DNA from: Trichoplax adhaerens
Lineage: Eukaryota > Animalia > Placozoa
Reading direction: 5' to 3'
Assembly: GCF_000150275.1 (NCBI RefSeq)
Contig: NW_002060956.1
Span: 866,280-930,279, forward strand
Length of the DNA stretch: 64,000 bases
Shown here one piece after another: positions 58,361-64,000 of this stretch. The position numbers and the translations under genes were made by a program. Below the pieces are notes generated by a model. The model ran no database searches, was not told the origin of the DNA, and saw nothing but the letters and a program-made list of their open reading frames with translations. Within the stretch, counting starts at the first letter, position 1, and each line of letters opens with the position of its first letter.

Positions 58361-61019
58361 CATTACAGCTTCATTAATTGATTCATAAATAAATAATAAT
58401 AATTACTATCAGTTACTAGAAGTAGCGAAATCGCCATTTTTTTGTCCTGGGTAATTCCTGGCAAGAAATAACTAAAGACATTTAAAATATACTGTATGGT
58501 ATATAGATATGGACTTTGCTGGAAAAAAGTCATATTTAGCTTGAGTACTAAACAAGACTGAAGATTTACAGTATCTTGAAGACAAACTAACAGTATAGGA
58601 CTAAAAACACGACCAGTAGTAATCAGTAGAGTCGAGTACAGCAAAGAATAAAAGTGGCGAAAAATTCCAGGGTGTATTGTTGCTTATAGTAAGAAGTACA
58701 TTGCTCTATCATACTATACTGTACCAAACTGTACAGACATCAAAAGGAGTGTGTTGTGTTTTAGAAAGGACAAAATAAATAACAAATAACCAGCAGACAA
58801 TAATACTTCCCAATTAAAGGTCTATGACGCGTCAGTAGACGATGGGCCATACTATTTTGGGTATGACGAAGACTACGTACAGTACGGTACAGGAATACAA
58901 ACAGACAATCAATCGAATGTTAGCGCAGCACGTACAGTATGCAACAGGACAAGATTTTACTGTAGTGCTTTATTTAGCAGTTGGACTACCGTACCGCAAA
59001 AGAGATTTAGAGCTCAAAAGGAAATTAGCGTCGGTCTGCACTTGTATTTGAAGAGAATCTCATCGTGGTGATGCCCAGTGCCTTTCTTTCTTTTTAAAAG
59101 GGAAAAAGGTAGAACAGTACACATCGGCGTAGAAAAAAAAGGTCCTTGCGATACTTTGGGTAAGTAATATTGAGGTTATTCATGCATATGCTATTCTGTA
59201 ATGTTTGGTGTAGATCAATGCTATTTGGAAACCGCACTACGCATACAAAGGGTAGAAAGGGTTTCAATCGTGTGATAACCTTATTATTAGCAGAATGGTT
59301 TCAACTGCAATCAGTAATAACTTGATCAGATCGGTTTCATCTTCTATGATCAATGAGAACGAATGCATTTGCAAATGTCGCTTTCTCAACGATATCATTC
59401 AACTTGATCGCTAGAGTGTCGATTATCATATTCCATTCTCCAGTACTGAATTTCACGGTGGACTAATTCTACTGTATTGTTCATACAGTTATTTTACGTA
59501 GTGAGCTCGTGGAAAGTTATCACGTACTTTACGGCGATATATATCTCTCTGTATACAGGATATCAAATATCATTCCACTTGATTTTTCGTATATCCTCGT
59601 ATACGAGTGATACTGTACTGTTTGTTACTGCTTGTGTCGTGTTTGTATTTTGATTAGCTTTCAAATTATTCCCTACAAGATGTTTATACTTGACGTCACT
59701 ACAGCTATTTATCTTGTGGTTGTATATTTTCTATGCTTCTCCTACAATAGTACAAGATGACGTTGAGGAGTGATAAAAACTGAACTTGTGAATCTTTTTC
59801 AGGTGCTAATGGTGTAGTAATATACTATACTGTTGTAAATATGTGACAACTCATTGACTACTTGGCCGATTGATTAGTTGATGATCTCATTTACTAATAA
59901 CTACTGGGTCGTCTATTTTTCACATGTCACTCTATCATCCATTTTTTTCCCTTGTTGTGACGAAAATATCCGTACAATATCCCAGTGCTACATTGCTTGA
60001 ATGATTGCTATGATGATTGAGAAATAGATATGTAATGAGGACATAGGTGTGATCAAAGCGGACTATCAACATTGAGTTGCTGATAGGTCATCTGAAGTTC
60101 GATTAGGCTGGTTGCAGCACTCTTCATCATTGCATTACTGTTTGAATTATTGTTGTGTTGATCAATCGATAGTCTGATTATTATTCATTCTGCTGACCGA
60201 TCTAGTAATAAGATCGTTCTTACGCGGGCAAATTAATGCTACATGTTTGGTCCACTTGCTTACACTTGGTTGGCCTGTTGTAGCAGCTATGTTTCCATTG
60301 ATATCGTTGAACTTGAAATATGTACTGGTGATTCAATTAAATTATTGTTCCATCGTACAATCGTTGTATATATTGTACGCGTCTACATCAAGGGATGATG
60401 CACAGTACGCTATCTTTGCATATTTAGAGTGATTGGTTTAGGCGGTAATATTTTTCGTACCGTACGAGTACTTGATATTTGCGTGATATCCACGTAGTAT
60501 ACAGTATATAATAACATATCTACGTCTTCATATTACCCTATGCCTTTCCTCATGTCTGAAACAAGCGAATTGATGAATAGCCAATCGGTGGAAAAAAAAG
60601 CATGGCTCGAAAATTTTATTACTCTAATAATATAACAAGAGACCCTAGTGATTATTGACCGATTGAAGTTAAATTGCTGTAAGTGTTTCCACTTATCGTG
60701 ATCGTAGCCCGACATGACTAGTTGACTGCTTAAATTCAATTAATACTGTACAGTAAGGCTTTTTCTCCCATTTCTATCAGTACTGTATGCTGTACAGTCA
60801 ATATCGATGTCGATACGCATGTCCAGTTGTATTGTCATAACGAACATTGTCTCGTCCAATGGAGTCAACCATGGTAACGACGTAACGACTTGAGTTGCAC
60901 ACATAAAGATGAAAAACAACCTTGACTGTACTGTACGCGCTGCAACCATATCGTATGATCTCTCATGGCGTATCATACGCTAGGCTGAATGTATTGTCTG
61001 CTCTGCTTCGTCCCTGATA

Positions 61020-61692
61020 TTGAACCGTTGCGGTACGATAGCAACGACTTGACGGTACGTACGGTAGACGCAATTTCTGATTGACTTGACACTGTACGAA
61101 CTTGTTGGTCAAGCGTTGCAGTACTGTATTGTCGGGACCGTCCTGGATCCGGTACGGTAGCACGGTAGACGCAATTTCTGATTGACTTGACAGTGTACGA
61201 ACTTGTTGGTCAACCGTTGCAGACGGTACGTACGGTTGACGCAATGGATGATTGACGCAACACTGTACGAACTTGTTGGTCAACTGTTGCAGTACTGTCG
61301 GGACCGTACTGGATCCGGTACCAACCAACGACTCGACGGTACGTACGGTTGACGCAATAGATGATTGACTTGACACTATACGAAGTTGTTGGTCTGCCAC
61401 TGTCGGGACCGTACTGGATCCGGTACCAACCAACGACTCGACGGTAAGTACGGTTGACGCAATGGATGATTGACACAATGCTGTACGAACTTATTGGTCA
61501 ACCGTTGCAGTACTGTCGGGACCGTACTGGAACCGGTACGGTAGCACGGTAGACCCAATGGATGATTGACACAATACTGTGTACTGTACCAACTTCTTGG
61601 TCAACCGTTCCAGTACTATCGGGACCGTACTGGAGCCGGTACCAACCAACGACTGGACTGTAGACGGTAGACACAATGGTGATTGACACAAT
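61020..61692. repeat. GC-rich modular tandem repeat, about 7 units of 70-118 bp
   Basis: Core GACGCAAT..ATTGAC..TGTACGAACTTGTTGGTCAACCGTTGC recurs at 61067, 61168, 61238, 61351, 61456, 61552 and 61670, with optional modules AGTACTGTCGGGACCGTACTGGATCCGGTAC and CAACCAACGACTC. Confidence 0.9.
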
Positions 61693-62530
61693 AGCAACTT
61701 GTTCGTGTTGACAAGTCTATTGTATAGCACACGACTCGTCGTTATTCAGCCTCAATCAATGACTCAGTCCATTTTATTGAATGTTATTGTTGTACGCTTT
61801 TTATGTAGCCAATAGTGATGTTGAATTCTGTTCTGGTTATCATCACTTGCAGTCAGTAGATGTATGCGACTAAGGTTAACGTTTCATTCTTGCAGAGTGG
61901 ACATTCTTGACTTACTGATCCAACTTACCCATGACGAGAAGACTTGAGCTGCAATAGCATCAATTAATTGTTGAGAAAAATTGTTATTACAGCCATTCAA
62001 GTTGATATTGTACAACTGGACGCGTAGAATATAGCAAGGGATAGTCGGTCTTTTGAATCGACACCAACAATCATTTCAACACGAGTTCGTCTTGAAATTG
62101 AGATCGCTGACATTGCTCCAATCCAATAGACGTCTACGGAGTGGATGTAAGTCATCATTCATTGATATCTTGTCCGATATTCTACTGTACAGGATAGGCA
62201 GGATGATAGTCAATCATAGTTAGTGAATTGGCTTACAATACAAATTGCCTTTGGATGTCATTCTTGAATGGATCAAATCAACTCAAGATTATACAAGACG
62301 TCATTCACTTGCATTAAAACGTAGTCCAAAGTAATTGCAAATGGAGAGAATAGCAACTAGTTCGTCGTGCATCCTTTTCAATTTTGTTTTTTTGGGGGGG
62401 GGGGTTTTGTTTTGTTTGCTTATCATCAAGATTGTCTTGTCTTACAATATTGTAAGGTCTTAATCAATTCATTTCCATTGACTAGTTTGCTGTAGACAAG
62501 ATTGATATATAAATTACAATTATCGACGAG

Positions 62531-63849
62531 ATGGCGGATGCGGCTAATAAACCAACGACTGAAAATAATAACGAAGATGCATCGAAAAAAGCTGGTACTA
62601 GGTAAGATAGATAGTTTTTGGGAGACAGTAAAAAATAGACATGTCGATCAACGTTACATGTGCACTAGTATTGTTGTCTACATATCTTTGATCAGAATGA
62701 AGCGTTGTCATTCATCCATTTCACTACACACAATTGAACTTTCATCTTGATCATGATTGTCAAAATTGCTGTCAGTAATATTTAGACCTTACCATACTAT
62801 TTCATATTGATAACTCTCTTTTAAAATGTTCAACTTATATATTGCTAAGAGTAGTATTTAGACCTTACCATACTAGTTCATATTGATAACTCTTTTAAAA
62901 TGTTCAACTTATATATTGCTAAGAGTAGTATTTAGACCTTACCATACTAGTTCATATTGATAACTCTCTTTTAAAATGTTCAACTTATATATTGCTAAGA
63001 GTAGTATTTAGACCTTACCATACTAGTTCATATTGATAACTCTCTTTTAAAATGTTCAACTTATATATTGCTAAGAGTAGTATTTAGACCTTACCATACT
63101 AGTTCATATTGATAACTCTCTTTCAAAATGTTCAACTTATATATTGCTAAGAGTAGTATTTAGACCTTACCATACTAGTTCATATTGATAACTCTCTTTC
63201 AAAATGTTCAACTTATATATTGCTAAGAGTAGTACTTAGACCTTACCATACTAGTTCATATTGATAACTCTCTTTTAAAATGTTCAACTTATATATTGCT
63301 AAGAGTAGTATTTGTAAATGTTCAACTTATATATTGCTAAGAGTAGTATTTAGACCTTACCATACTAGTTCATATTGATAACTCTCTTTTAAAATGTTCC
63401 AACTTATAATGAATAAATACCTTATTGCTTACAGTAATATTTAGACCTTACCATACTAGTTCATATTAATAACTCTCTTTTAAAATGTTCCAACTTATAA
63501 TGAATAAATACCTTATTGCTTAGTAAAGTAATATTTAGACCTTACCATACTAGTTCATATTAATAACTCTCTTTTAAAATGTTCCAACTTATAATGAATA
63601 AATACCTTATTGCTTACAGTAATATTTAGACCTTACCATACTAGTTCATATTGATAACTCTCTTTTAAAATATTCCAACTTACAATGAGTAAAAATTGCA
63701 CTTCAATTTGCAATATCAAAATAAAATAAAAAATTACTCATCATCATCATCTTGATCAATTTTGCTACTTCGAAAATGTTTTAATTTGCCAATATCACTT
63801 TATATTTATTACTAATAGAGTTTTTAAGAAAAGTAGTCCAAATGGCAAG
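62531..63849 (+). CDS. ARRB: Beta-arrestin, first two coding exons (gene continues beyond the window)
   Basis: Exon 62531-62601 (MADAANKPTTENNNEDASKKAGT-AG|gtaag) plus the 31-nt exon 63819-63849 (tag|A GTT TTT AAG AAA AGT AGT CCA AAT GGC AAG|gtacgt) give GTRVFKKSSPNGK, the canonical beta-arrestin N-terminal motif. Confidence 0.9.
62775..63690. repeat. Intronic minisatellite: 76-bp units followed by 91-94-bp variant units, about 11 copies
   Basis: TTTAGACCTTACCATACTAGTTCATATTGATAACTC starts at 62781, 62857, 62931, 63007, 63083, 63159, 63235, 63349, 63440, 63534 and 63625. Confidence 0.97.
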
Positions 63850-64000
63850 GTACGTAAGTTATCTATCTTCATTTAAAATGAATATCCATTGAAATACTAT
63901 CTTCTATTTTTCCTATCAAAATAACAACAATGTTGATCGAATATTTTTGCATCATTCCATTACAACTCTACCATCAAACGAGTACATATATAGCAACGAA

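Noticed and set aside
60963-61730. Several overlapping minus-strand ORFs (up to 171 aa)
   Set aside because: Open in multiple frames because of the GC-rich tandem repeat; no domain, splice or codon support.
57225-63690. Tandem arrays as CRISPR arrays
   Set aside because: Eukaryotic context, whole units repeat with no unique spacers, and no cas genes.

Overview
Eukaryotic, AT-rich, intron-dense animal DNA. Short GT-AG introns, compact genes and abundant TACTGTA/TACAGTA motifs suggest a placozoan such as Trichoplax; this is an inference, not a database hit. Hand-spliced genes in order: ANKMY1 (-, MORN-ankyrin-MYND), a tandem-FYVE rabenosyn/Vac1-like gene (-), an RB1-type retinoblastoma pocket protein (+), eIF4A (+), AP-1 sigma subunit (+), SMC4 (-), a 100-aa secreted prepropeptide (-), and the first two coding exons of beta-arrestin (+, runs off the window). 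There are four minisatellite arrays (86-bp, 101-bp, modular 70-118-bp, 76/91-bp units). Best discovery candidate: the prepropeptide at 51971-52352. Its second exon, absent from the ORF track, encodes a cationic C-C-CC-C-C inhibitor-cystine-knot (conotoxin-like) peptide with a C-terminal amidation signal, under a TATA/Inr promoter. Other notable observations: very dense long hairpins in the long introns and UTRs (strongest in eIF4A intron 1), (TACTG)n palindrome clusters at housekeeping-gene 5' ends, and recognisable X-box, E2F and CDE-CHR elements. All exon boundaries and pairings were read by eye.
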